Positions 1 to 7,549 of a stretch of DNA of 35,103 nucleotides are shown here, in pieces. The notes under the pieces are model-generated. The model was not told the DNA's origin. It searched no databases and saw only the letters and a list, made by a program, of their open reading frames with translations. The DNA comes from Dehalococcoidales bacterium (lineage in GTDB: Bacteria; Chloroflexota; Dehalococcoidia; Dehalococcoidales; UBA5627). Position 1 is the first letter of the stretch. The number at the start of each line of letters is the position of its first letter. The stretch covers positions 1 through 35,103 of the forward strand of contig JAAYNN010000001.1 of NCBI GenBank assembly GCA_012520835.1, in the 5' to 3' direction. The translations under genes were made by a program, and so were the position numbers.

Positions 1-254
1 CCGATGTTCGAGTATTTTTCCAGCACAATCTGGCGGCGTTTATTGCTGGTTTTACAGAGACACTGGCAGGGCACCACTTTACTGTAATCCGCTTTTCCGG
101 TCGGTAAAAGCGGATGAACGAATCCGGCGCCGCGGCAAGCGGGACAATCGGATAAAACAGCAGACTCTTCGCTAGTGTCGGACGTAGCGTCCGAATTCGC
201 CCCTGGTATACTTTTCAGGGTCGTCTTTTTTAGAATCTCGCTTATATGTTCCAT
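1..254 (-). CDS. DnaC/DnaI-type helicase-loader-like protein, N-terminal part only (runs off the window start)
   Basis: Not in the ORF track because it is edge-truncated. Minus-strand ATG at 254-252 is preceded by GGAG (260-257). Translation MEHISEILKKTTLKSIPGANSDATSDTSEESAVLSDCPACRGAGFVHPLLPTGKADYSKVVPCQCLCKTSNKRRQIVLEKYSNIG stays open to base 1. The CxxC...CxC zinc-ribbon followed by YSNIG resembles N-termini of DnaC/IstB-like loader ATPases as I recall them. It lies directly downstream of dnaB and a DnaD-domain gene. The ATPase domain is outside the window, so the call is inferential. Confidence 0.45.
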   Translation of the reverse strand, partial: MEHISEILKKTTLKSIPGANSDATSDTSEESAVLSDCPACRGAGFVHPLLPTGKADYSKVVPCQCLCKTSNKRRQIVLEKYSNI

Positions 255-870
255 CGCTCCTACCTTCTTTAGCCCAGCGCTCCAAAACCGCTGTAATATA
301 ACTCAACTTGCGGATATTCTGTTTGACCGCTTCTTTTATGGCATCCGCAATCCAGTTTTCCGGGTACAGCTTCATGGCATCTTTCAATTCTTCGGCAATC
401 ATGGGGGTCAGCATGCCGATATTTTCTTCGTAAATGGCGAAGATATTTACCGGCTCTTGCATATTTACCGGCTCTGCCGTTGCTGTCTTTATACCAGCAA
501 TCTTTATTTCGCCGTCCCTTATTTTTTCGGCTGCCTGTCGGTCCGCTGCGGTATTTAAGAAATAAATCTCTCCGCTTTCTGTCGCTAACCCGATAATAGT
601 CTTGCGCTTCATTGCCAGTTGCAGGGCCTTTTTCAATTCATCCTGAGGGTCGGCTGCCTTTTTAAAGTTAGCCATCAGGCTGGCATTTGCCGCCAGTTCG
701 GCAAAACTGACGAATCTGGGATAGCCCTTTTTATTATAGAGGGCTTCCATTATATATAATGTAACCTTCAGTTCTCCGATATCTTCGATTTGCGGCAGCA
801 GGTTATTGATAAAGGTATCGGGAACAGGCGTAAAGCTCATTTTAGCCGGAAAACCCTTGAAGGTCTTCAT
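172..870 (-). CDS. DnaD-domain replication/primosome protein
   Basis: 232 aa ORF. The C-terminal segment IYEENIGMLTPMIAEELKDAMKLYPENWIADAIKEAVKQNIRKLSYITAVLERWAKEG looks like a DnaD/DnaB_2 repeat domain. GGAG lies 5 nt upstream of the ATG, and the start forms an ATGA overlap with the dnaB stop. Confidence 0.7.
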   Translation of the reverse strand: MKTFKGFPAKMSFTPVPDTFINNLLPQIEDIGELKVTLYIMEALYNKKGYPRFVSFAELAANASLMANFKKAADPQDELKKALQLAMKRKTIIGLATESGEIYFLNTAADRQAAEKIRDGEIKIAGIKTATAEPVNMQEPVNIFAIYEENIGMLTPMIAEELKDAMKLYPENWIADAIKEAVKQNIRKLSYITAVLERWAKEGRSDGTYKRDSKKDDPEKYTRGEFGRYVRH

Positions 871-2234
871 AATAACTCCTGCCCGGCCATGGTCAGGTTA
901 TCGAATTTGGTGAGCCTGTCAATAAAGCGTACTTTCACGTTGCCGATGGAGCCGTTCCTGTTCTTGGCAACGATGATATCAGCCAGTCCGCGCGGGTACT
1001 CTTCGTCGGGGTGTTCGGCTCTCCAGTCTTCCTCGGTGCGGTAATAAACCTCTTCGCGGTTGATGAATAACACCATATCGGCATCCTGCTCGATGCTGCC
1101 GCTGTCTCTGAGGTCGGAAAGCAGCGGTTCATGTTTTTCACGCTTTTCTATGGCGCGGCTGAGCTGCGAAACGGCGATAACCGGAACATTCAATTCGCGC
1201 GCCAGTGCTTTCAGCGAACGCGAGATGTAGCCGATTTCCTGGACGCGGTTGTCGTTGCGGGTATCACCCTGTAAAAGCTGCAGGTAATCGACGATAATCA
1301 AATCGACATTGCGCTCGAAGTTCAGGCGGCGCGCCTTGCTTCTCATTTCCATGACGCGCAGCTGTGGGGAATCATCTATAAATATGGAAGCCTCGGATAG
1401 GACGCCGATAGCTTCCATGACCTTTCTTTCTTCTTCCTCTGTGTTTAGAGTGAGCCTTAAACGCTTGGAATTGATGCCGGTTTCACTGGAAAGCATCCTT
1501 TGTACCAGCGACTCCCGGAACATTTCGAGACTGAAAATGGCTACACAGGCACCCTGATCGACGGCGGCGTTTCTGGCTATATTGAGGGCCAGGCTGGTTT
1601 TACCGACGCTGGGGCGGGCAGCCAGAACTATTAATTCCGAACGCTTGAAACCGCCCAGCAGGTCATCCAGACCGTGCAAGCCGGTAAATACCTGCGGAAT
1701 AGCCTGAAAACCGGCGGTTCCCGGTTGGTTAGGCGCTTCGAAGTAGCCGTCCAGAACATTTTTGATATGCACGAAGTCGAGCGAACGCTCGTGGCGCAGG
1801 CGGAAGAGGGTATCCTCCGCCCGGTTCAAGGCGGCGCTGACATCCGGGTCGGCTTCGTATCCTATTTCCGATATCTTATCGGCTGCCGAAATCAATTGCC
1901 TCATTATCGAAAGCCGGTAGACGATGCGGGCATAGTGCTCGATATCCAGAGAAGTCGGCACGATTGAAATCAGGCGGCTTAAATAGGCCGCACCGCCGCA
2001 TTTTTCCAGCAATCCTTCGCGTTCCAGTTCCTGTGCCACGGTAATCTGGTTGATGGCTTCGTCGCGCTGATACAATGAAAAGCAGGCCTGGTAGATCCAG
2101 CGGTTCTGCTCGGAGTAGAAATCCTTGGGTTGTAAAAAAACGGTCGCTTCGTAAATGGCACGTCCGTCTATCAACAGCGAACCGTTGACGGCTTCCTCGG
2201 CGTCTATATCGTGCGGTGGCAGGCGCTCAGGCAC
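867..2234 (-). CDS. dnaB: replicative DNA helicase DnaB
   Basis: 455 aa. N-terminal PPHDIDAEEAVNGSLL, Walker A ARPSVGKTSLALN, Walker B LIIVDYLQL, and RSLKALARELNVPVIAVSQLSR. GTG start with GGAGGA 8 nt upstream. Conserved rplI-dnaB adjacency. Confidence 0.95.
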   Translation of the reverse strand: MPERLPPHDIDAEEAVNGSLLIDGRAIYEATVFLQPKDFYSEQNRWIYQACFSLYQRDEAINQITVAQELEREGLLEKCGGAAYLSRLISIVPTSLDIEHYARIVYRLSIMRQLISAADKISEIGYEADPDVSAALNRAEDTLFRLRHERSLDFVHIKNVLDGYFEAPNQPGTAGFQAIPQVFTGLHGLDDLLGGFKRSELIVLAARPSVGKTSLALNIARNAAVDQGACVAIFSLEMFRESLVQRMLSSETGINSKRLRLTLNTEEEERKVMEAIGVLSEASIFIDDSPQLRVMEMRSKARRLNFERNVDLIIVDYLQLLQGDTRNDNRVQEIGYISRSLKALARELNVPVIAVSQLSRAIEKREKHEPLLSDLRDSGSIEQDADMVLFINREEVYYRTEEDWRAEHPDEEYPRGLADIIVAKNRNGSIGNVKVRFIDRLTKFDNLTMAGQELL

Positions 2235-2235
2235 T

Positions 2236-2691
2236 TCAGTTTTCCTCCAGATTTTTCACCGTTACCTTCAGTTTGGCATTGATATCTTTATATAATTTTA
2301 CCGTAACATCGAAAGCCCCCAGTTCGCGGATGGGCTCGGAGAGTTCTATTTTACGTTTATCGACAACCAGCCCGGCGGTAGCTTCCAGTTCTTTAGCGAT
2401 ATCGGCGCCGGTAATAGACCCGAAGAGGCGGTTTTTGGCACCGACCTTGGCCTTTATGATCAGGTTCATTTTCGAAAGCTGTTCCGCCGTCTGGCGGTAT
2501 TCCGCTTCCATTTGCGCCTGTTTCTTTTCATGTGCCCGGGCCTGTGCTTCCATCTGGGATATTACCTTGGCAGTGGCCGGGGCAGCCAGATTATTGGGGA
2601 TGAGGTAATTCCTGGCATATCCGTCGGGGACATTTTTTACTTCTCCGGCTTTGGCAACATTAGGGACATCCTTTAAAAAAACCACGTTCAT
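2236..2691 (-). CDS. rplI: 50S ribosomal protein L9
   Basis: 151 aa. MNVVFLKDVPNVAKAGEVKNVPDGYARNYLIPNNLA is the typical L9 N-terminal domain. AAGGA RBS upstream. Confidence 0.93.
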   Translation of the reverse strand: MNVVFLKDVPNVAKAGEVKNVPDGYARNYLIPNNLAAPATAKVISQMEAQARAHEKKQAQMEAEYRQTAEQLSKMNLIIKAKVGAKNRLFGSITGADIAKELEATAGLVVDKRKIELSEPIRELGAFDVTVKLYKDINAKLKVTVKNLEEN

Positions 2692-2725
2692 ACTGCGTTA
2701 TCCTTTAACAAAATTACTCACCAAT

Positions 2726-2754
2726 ATTATACTGCATTACGGGACCAGTTTAAA
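2726..2754 (-). promoter_or_regulatory. candidate sigma70-type promoter for rplI-dnaB (TTTAAA-17 nt-TATAAT)
   Basis: On the minus strand the -35 TTTAAA is at 2754-2749 (overlapping the trxB stop) and a perfect -10 TATAAT is at 2731-2726, with a 17-nt spacer, about 35 nt upstream of the rplI ATG. Motif match only. Confidence 0.4.
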
Positions 2755-3673
2755 CCAGATTTTCGATATAAGCGGCAGCTGAAACGGCAGCCACCGCCCC
2801 GTCTCCGGCGGCGGCAACCACCTGTCTGATCGAATTGATACGTATGTCACCGGCGGCAAAAACACCCGGTACAGCAGTTTCCATCATGTTATTAACGATA
2901 ACCGCCCCCTTTTCATCGAGCGGAACGATATCCTTTAGATAAGACGTATTCGGTATCAAGCCGATGGCTACGAAAACGCCGTCAACTTCGAGGTATGAAT
3001 CTTGACCTGTCCTGACATCTTCCAGCCTCAACCTGTTAACGAACGTTTCACCCTGTACTTCCCTGACAATGCTGTTCCAGATGCATTCGATTTTGGGTTC
3101 GGCAAAGACCTTATCCTGTACCACCGGAGTTGCCCGGAACTGGTCTCGCCTGTGTATCAGGCTGACTTTTGAAGCGAACCTGGCGATATGCAGCGCCTCG
3201 TATAAAGCGGAATTGCCTCCCCCCACCACGGCTACCCTTTTATCGCGGAAGAAGGGGGCGTCGCAGGTGGCACAGTAGGAGACGCCTTTGCCAGTATATT
3301 CCTTTTCGCCCGGAGCGTTTAGCTTCTGTCTTTCGGAGCCGCCGGCAATAATCAGCGCTTTGGCTGTAAAATGGCCCTGCGCTACGGTTACGGTTTTTAT
3401 ATTTCCGTCAACTTTTACGGAGATAACATCATCGTTGATAACCTCTGCCCCGTAGAGCGCTGCCTGTTCATTCATCAGGGTGGTGAGTTCCATGCCGCCG
3501 ATTTCCTTTGGAAAACCGGGATAGTTATCGACCTTTTCGGCTTCATTGATATTGCCTCCGATCAGCCCTTTTTCGATTATTAAGGTCGAAAGCTTGTTTC
3601 GGGAGGTGTATAAAGCGGCGGTAAGCCCAGCCGAGCCGCCGCCGATAATGATGACATCGTAAACCTTACTCAT
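2750..3673 (-). CDS. trxB: thioredoxin-disulfide reductase
   Basis: 307 aa. FAD motif IIIGGGSAGLTAA, redox-active CATCDAPFF, NADPH motif VVGGGNSALYEA, C-terminal GVFAAGD. AAGGAG RBS. Confidence 0.9.
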   Translation of the reverse strand: MSKVYDVIIIGGGSAGLTAALYTSRNKLSTLIIEKGLIGGNINEAEKVDNYPGFPKEIGGMELTTLMNEQAALYGAEVINDDVISVKVDGNIKTVTVAQGHFTAKALIIAGGSERQKLNAPGEKEYTGKGVSYCATCDAPFFRDKRVAVVGGGNSALYEALHIARFASKVSLIHRRDQFRATPVVQDKVFAEPKIECIWNSIVREVQGETFVNRLRLEDVRTGQDSYLEVDGVFVAIGLIPNTSYLKDIVPLDEKGAVIVNNMMETAVPGVFAAGDIRINSIRQVVAAAGDGAVAAVSAAAYIENLV

Positions 3674-3779
3674 GGGGCAATACTCCTTTTAATAGTCTCA
3701 ACGCTATCTAAAACAATACATTTTTATTACTGAAGAACAGGGTTGAGGGGGGAAATAACTTGCTGATTTTCCTTTATAA

Positions 3780-3808
3780 ATATTAGCAACCCCGGCGGGT
3801 TGTGGCAA
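3780..3808 (-). promoter_or_regulatory. candidate promoter for trxB (TTGCCA-17 nt-TAATAT)
   Basis: Minus strand: -35 at 3808-3803, -10 at 3785-3780, 17-nt spacer. This would give a leader of about 100 nt. Motif match only. Confidence 0.35.
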
Positions 3809-3887
3809 GTCAAAGCGATAAATTCAGTCTTTTTTAAAATTCTTTTTTCATCACTCTAAAAGCATCTTATTATTGCTGCGCTTTTGC

Positions 3888-3916
3888 TTGTTAGCGTTTT
3901 TAGCTGATGATACAAT
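3888..3916 (+). promoter_or_regulatory. candidate promoter for uvrA (TTGTTA-17 nt-TGaTACAAT, extended -10)
   Basis: -35 TTGTTA at 3888-3893 and -10 TACAAT at 3911-3916, preceded by TG at 3908-3909. It lies about 20 nt upstream of the uvrA ATG and its AGGAGA RBS. Confidence 0.45.
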
Positions 3917-3935
3917 GTTATGAACAGGAGAAAAA

Positions 3936-6764
3936 ATGCCTTTAGATTCAATATTCATCAAGGGAGCTCGCGAACACAATCTTAAAAATATCGATGTTAC
4001 CATTCCGCGTGACAAGCTGGTAGTGATTACCGGCGTTTCCGGTTCCGGCAAGAGCTCGCTGGCATTCGATACCATTTATGCCGAGGGGCAGCGCCGCTAC
4101 ATGGAGTCGCTCTCGGCTTATGCGCGCCAGTTTTTAGGGCGCATGGAAAAGCCCGATGTCGATTACATTGAAGGGCTCAGCCCGGCGATTTCCATCGACC
4201 AGAAGGGCACCAGCCGTAATCCGCGTTCTACGGTGGGGACTGTTACGGAAATCTACGATTATTTAAGGCTGCTTTTTGCACGCACCGGTCATCCGCACTG
4301 CCCTGAATGCGGGCGCGAAATAACGGTACAAACCGTTGAGCAAATCGTGGATGCCGTCAAATCCCTGCCGGCAGATAGCCGTATTATGATACTGTCTCCG
4401 CTGGTAAAGAGCCGCAAAGGCGAATACCAGCAGGTCTTCAACGACCTGCGCAAAGCCGGATATGCCCGTGTGCGCGTCGATAAAGAAATCCGCGACCTCT
4501 CGGATGATTTTCAGCTCGCTAAGCAGAAGAAGCACACCATCGAGGCGGTCATCGACCGTCTTGTCATCGGGCAGAGCGACAGCCAGAGCCGCATCGCCGA
4601 TTCGGTTGAAACGGCATTGAAGCTGGGTGGGGGAGTGGTTCTCATTTCAATTATCGACGGCGAGGAACTGCTTTTTTCGGAGCATTTTGCCTGCGTAAAC
4701 TGTGGCATCAGTTTAGGGGAAATCGCCCCGCGCACATTCAGTTTCAACAATCCGCACGGCGCCTGCCCGAATTGCACCGGCTTGGGAATAAAACTGGAAA
4801 TCGACCCGGACCTGGTGCTGCCGGATAAAGAACTGTCGCTTGAGGGAGGAGCCATTAAACCTTACCAGTGGCAGAACTGGTATATGTATTCGGTACGCGA
4901 AATGGCACGGCGCAACGGTTTTTCCACCTCGACTCCTATAAAAGATTTAACGCCCGGGCAAATCGATCTGGTCTTGTACGGCGAGGGCAATTTCAGCTAT
5001 AAATACCGCGACCGGCGCGGCAACGAGCGCGAGTACACCGACGGGTTCGAGGGAGTAATTCCGCGCATGGAAAGGCTGTACCACGACACCGAATCCGAAG
5101 TCTCACGTTCATATATCGAGCGTTACATGGTCTCCAAACCCTGCCCGGTTTGCGAAGGGAAAAGACTCAAACCTGAGGCTCTGGCAGTTACCATTGGGGA
5201 TAAAAATATCGACGATATCACTTCGATGTCGGTGGTTCATGTTTTGAAATGGGCTAAAAAGCTGGCCGGCAAGGATAGTATTTTCAACCAGCGCGAAAGG
5301 AAGATTGCACAGGAAATTTTAAAGGAAATCAGCGCGCGGCTGGGCTTTCTGGAGAATGTCGGGCTGGACTATCTTTCATTGAATCGTATGGCGGGGACGC
5401 TCTCGGGTGGCGAGGCACAGAGAATCCGGCTGGCGACGCAAATCGGCAGCGGGTTGATGGGCGTGCTTTATATCTGCGACGAACCGACTATCGGCTTGCA
5501 TCCGGCTGATGACTTTCGTCTCATTCGTACACTTAAAGAACTGAAGGATTTAGGCAACACCCTCATCGTCGTCGAACATGACGAAGCCATGATGCGGGCA
5601 GCCGATTATATCATCGATATGGGGCCGGGTGCCGGTGAACACGGCGGTTATGTTGTTGCCAGCGGCACTTTAGGTGATATTCTTACATCCGAAAAGTCGT
5701 TGACCGGCCAGTACCTTTCCGGACGCAAGAGCATACCTCTGCCGGAAAAAAGACGCACCGGCAACGGCACGGATATCATCATCAAAGGGGCACGGCAGAA
5801 CAACCTGAAAAACATCGATGCAATCATACCGCTGGGGAAAATGGTCTGCATTACGGGTATCTCGGGCAGCGGCAAGAGTACCTTAATCAGCGATATTTTA
5901 TATAAAAAACTGGCGCAAATCCTTTATAAGGCCAGGGAGAATCCGGGTGAGGTCGACAGCATCGAGGGGATTTCAAACATCGATAAAGTCATCAATATCG
6001 ACCAGTCTCCCATCGGGCGCACTCCGCGCAGCAATCCGGCCACCTATACCGGTTTGTTTACACATGTGCGTGAGCTGTTTGCCACATCGCCCGAGGCACG
6101 TCTGCGCGGCTACAAAGCCGGCAGGTTTTCCTTCAACGTCAAGGGGGGCAGGTGCGAAGCCTGCCGCGGAGACGGGTATATCCAAATCGAGATGCATTTT
6201 TTACCCGATGTTACCGTTCCCTGCGAGGTCTGCAAAGGCAAGCGCTACGACCGCGAGGTGCTGGAAATCCGCTTCAAGGGCAAGAATATTGCCGAAGTGC
6301 TGGATATGACAGTCGAGCAGGCGCTTTCCTATTTTGAGCACTTCCCGGCGGTAAAAAATAAATTGAAAACATTGTATGACGTTGGCTTGGGATACATTCA
6401 CCTCGGACAGCCGGCCACCACTCTTTCCGGCGGCGAGGCGCAGAGAATCAAGCTGGCGACAGAGCTATCGAAGAGGGCGACCGGCAGAACGATGTATATT
6501 CTCGATGAACCGACTACCGGTCTTTCATTCGAGGATGTGGCGGCTTTGTTAAAAGTGTTGCAGAGGCTGGCCGATGCCGGAAACACGGTGGTGATTATCG
6601 AACATAACCTTGATATCATCAAGAGCGCTGACTGGATTATCGACCTGGGGCCGGGGGCGGGCGACAGGGGCGGGCGCATCGTGGCCGTGGGAACACCGGA
6701 GGAAATTGCCGCCAATAAAAAATCGGTGACTGGAGAGTACCTTAAAAAGGTATTGTTTACATAA
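3936..6764 (+). CDS. uvrA: excinuclease ABC subunit A
   Basis: 942 aa. Two ABC ATPase modules ([12 protein letters not shown] and [12 protein letters not shown] Walker A; two LSGGEAQRI signatures) plus CxxC zinc modules (CPECG, CVNCG...[20 protein letters not shown]...CEVCKG). Confidence 0.97.
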   Translation: MPLDSIFIKGAREHNLKNIDVTIPRDKLVVITGVSGSGKSSLAFDTIYAEGQRRYMESLSAYARQFLGRMEKPDVDYIEGLSPAISIDQKGTSRNPRSTVGTVTEIYDYLRLLFARTGHPHCPECGREITVQTVEQIVDAVKSLPADSRIMILSPLVKSRKGEYQQVFNDLRKAGYARVRVDKEIRDLSDDFQLAKQKKHTIEAVIDRLVIGQSDSQSRIADSVETALKLGGGVVLISIIDGEELLFSEHFACVNCGISLGEIAPRTFSFNNPHGACPNCTGLGIKLEIDPDLVLPDKELSLEGGAIKPYQWQNWYMYSVREMARRNGFSTSTPIKDLTPGQIDLVLYGEGNFSYKYRDRRGNEREYTDGFEGVIPRMERLYHDTESEVSRSYIERYMVSKPCPVCEGKRLKPEALAVTIGDKNIDDITSMSVVHVLKWAKKLAGKDSIFNQRERKIAQEILKEISARLGFLENVGLDYLSLNRMAGTLSGGEAQRIRLATQIGSGLMGVLYICDEPTIGLHPADDFRLIRTLKELKDLGNTLIVVEHDEAMMRAADYIIDMGPGAGEHGGYVVASGTLGDILTSEKSLTGQYLSGRKSIPLPEKRRTGNGTDIIIKGARQNNLKNIDAIIPLGKMVCITGISGSGKSTLISDILYKKLAQILYKARENPGEVDSIEGISNIDKVINIDQSPIGRTPRSNPATYTGLFTHVRELFATSPEARLRGYKAGRFSFNVKGGRCEACRGDGYIQIEMHFLPDVTVPCEVCKGKRYDREVLEIRFKGKNIAEVLDMTVEQALSYFEHFPAVKNKLKTLYDVGLGYIHLGQPATTLSGGEAQRIKLATELSKRATGRTMYILDEPTTGLSFEDVAALLKVLQRLADAGNTVVIIEHNLDIIKSADWIIDLGPGAGDRGGRIVAVGTPEEIAANKKSVTGEYLKKVLFT

Positions 6765-6821
6765 AGATACTGAAGTCGTGCTGTGATTATCTTGAAGAGT
6801 TGCTTTTATCAAGGGACATCC

Positions 6822-6925
6822 TTCGACAGGCTCAGTACGAATGAGATTTATCGGGGCTGGTTGCAAAGTCAGTGTATTTGTCATGCTGAGTTCGTGGTGG
6901 TCGAACGAAGCATCTGGGGAGGGGT
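6822..6925 (+). repeat. 104-nt structured intergenic repeat, copy A
   Basis: Aligns without end gaps to 10333-10436. The 5' module is TTCGACAGGCTCAnnACGAA. The 3' module is TGTCATGCTGA-hairpin-GAAGCATCTGGGGnGGGGT. The centre is variable. Internal hairpin: ATGCT(6883-6887)-GA-GTTCG(6890-6894)-loop-CGAAC(6902-6906)-GA-AGCAT(6909-6913). Confidence 0.75.
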
Positions 6926-6997
6926 TTGCCATTTTGATTGAAAAACATAATTTATGTTGTATTACAAAAAGTTAAATGAATAAAGGAAGCTGGAATA

Positions 6998-7549
6998 ATG
7001 GATAGACAAACAGCACTGGAAACTGTAAAAGCCAATATCAAAAATCAAAACCTGATTAAACATATGATAGCCACCGAGGCCATCATGCGGGCACTGGCAA
7101 AACATTTCGGGGAGGATGAGGAGGAGTGGGGTATTGCCGGGCTTTTGCATGATATCGACCTCGATTGCGTCGGCGACGATATGACGGTTCATGGCAGGGT
7201 CAGCGCGGAGATGGCGAAAAAAGCCGGAGCCAATGAAGCTATGGTGCATGCCATCCTTTGCCACAACGAGACGTTGGGTATCGAGCGTCTAAATAATTTC
7301 GATAAAGCCCTCTACTGTGCCGACCCGTTGACTGGCTTGATAACGGCAGCGGCGCTTGTGCGCCCCGAAAAAAAGCTGGCTTTTGTGGAAGCCAAATCGG
7401 TTGCCAAGCGGTTCAAGGAAAAGAGTTTTGCCGCCGGAGCGAATAGAGAACAGATTGCCTCGTGCAGAGAACTGGGTTTGGAATTGAACGAGTTTATCGA
7501 ACTGGGGCTGAAGGCCATGCAGGGGGTGGCAGAGGAGTTGGGACTCTAA
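6998..7549 (+). CDS. HD-superfamily hydrolase (COG2316-like small HD-domain protein)
   Basis: 183 aa. NLIKHMIATEAIMRALAKHFGEDEEEWGIAGLLHDIDLD contains the H...HD metal motif, and ILCHNE supplies a downstream His. AAGGAAG RBS. Confidence 0.8.
   Translation: MDRQTALETVKANIKNQNLIKHMIATEAIMRALAKHFGEDEEEWGIAGLLHDIDLDCVGDDMTVHGRVSAEMAKKAGANEAMVHAILCHNETLGIERLNNFDKALYCADPLTGLITAAALVRPEKKLAFVEAKSVAKRFKEKSFAAGANREQIASCRELGLELNEFIELGLKAMQGVAEELGL

Noticed and set aside
3720-3760. A LexA/SOS box upstream of uvrA (GAACAGGGTTGA)
   Set aside because: Only one half-site (GAAC) matches the GAAC-N4-GTTC type motif. The second half is TTGA, so the evidence is insufficient.
3787-3802. The hairpin CAACCC-cggc-GGGTTG as a terminator
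   Set aside because: It sits between the divergent trxB and uvrA starts, so no gene ends there. It has no U-tract on the plus strand, and on the minus strand it falls inside the spacer of the candidate trxB promoter.
6549-6932. A 127-aa minus-strand ORF spanning the uvrA 3' end and the downstream spacer
   Set aside because: It overlaps uvrA antisense, and its N-terminal part is simply a translation of repeat copy A.
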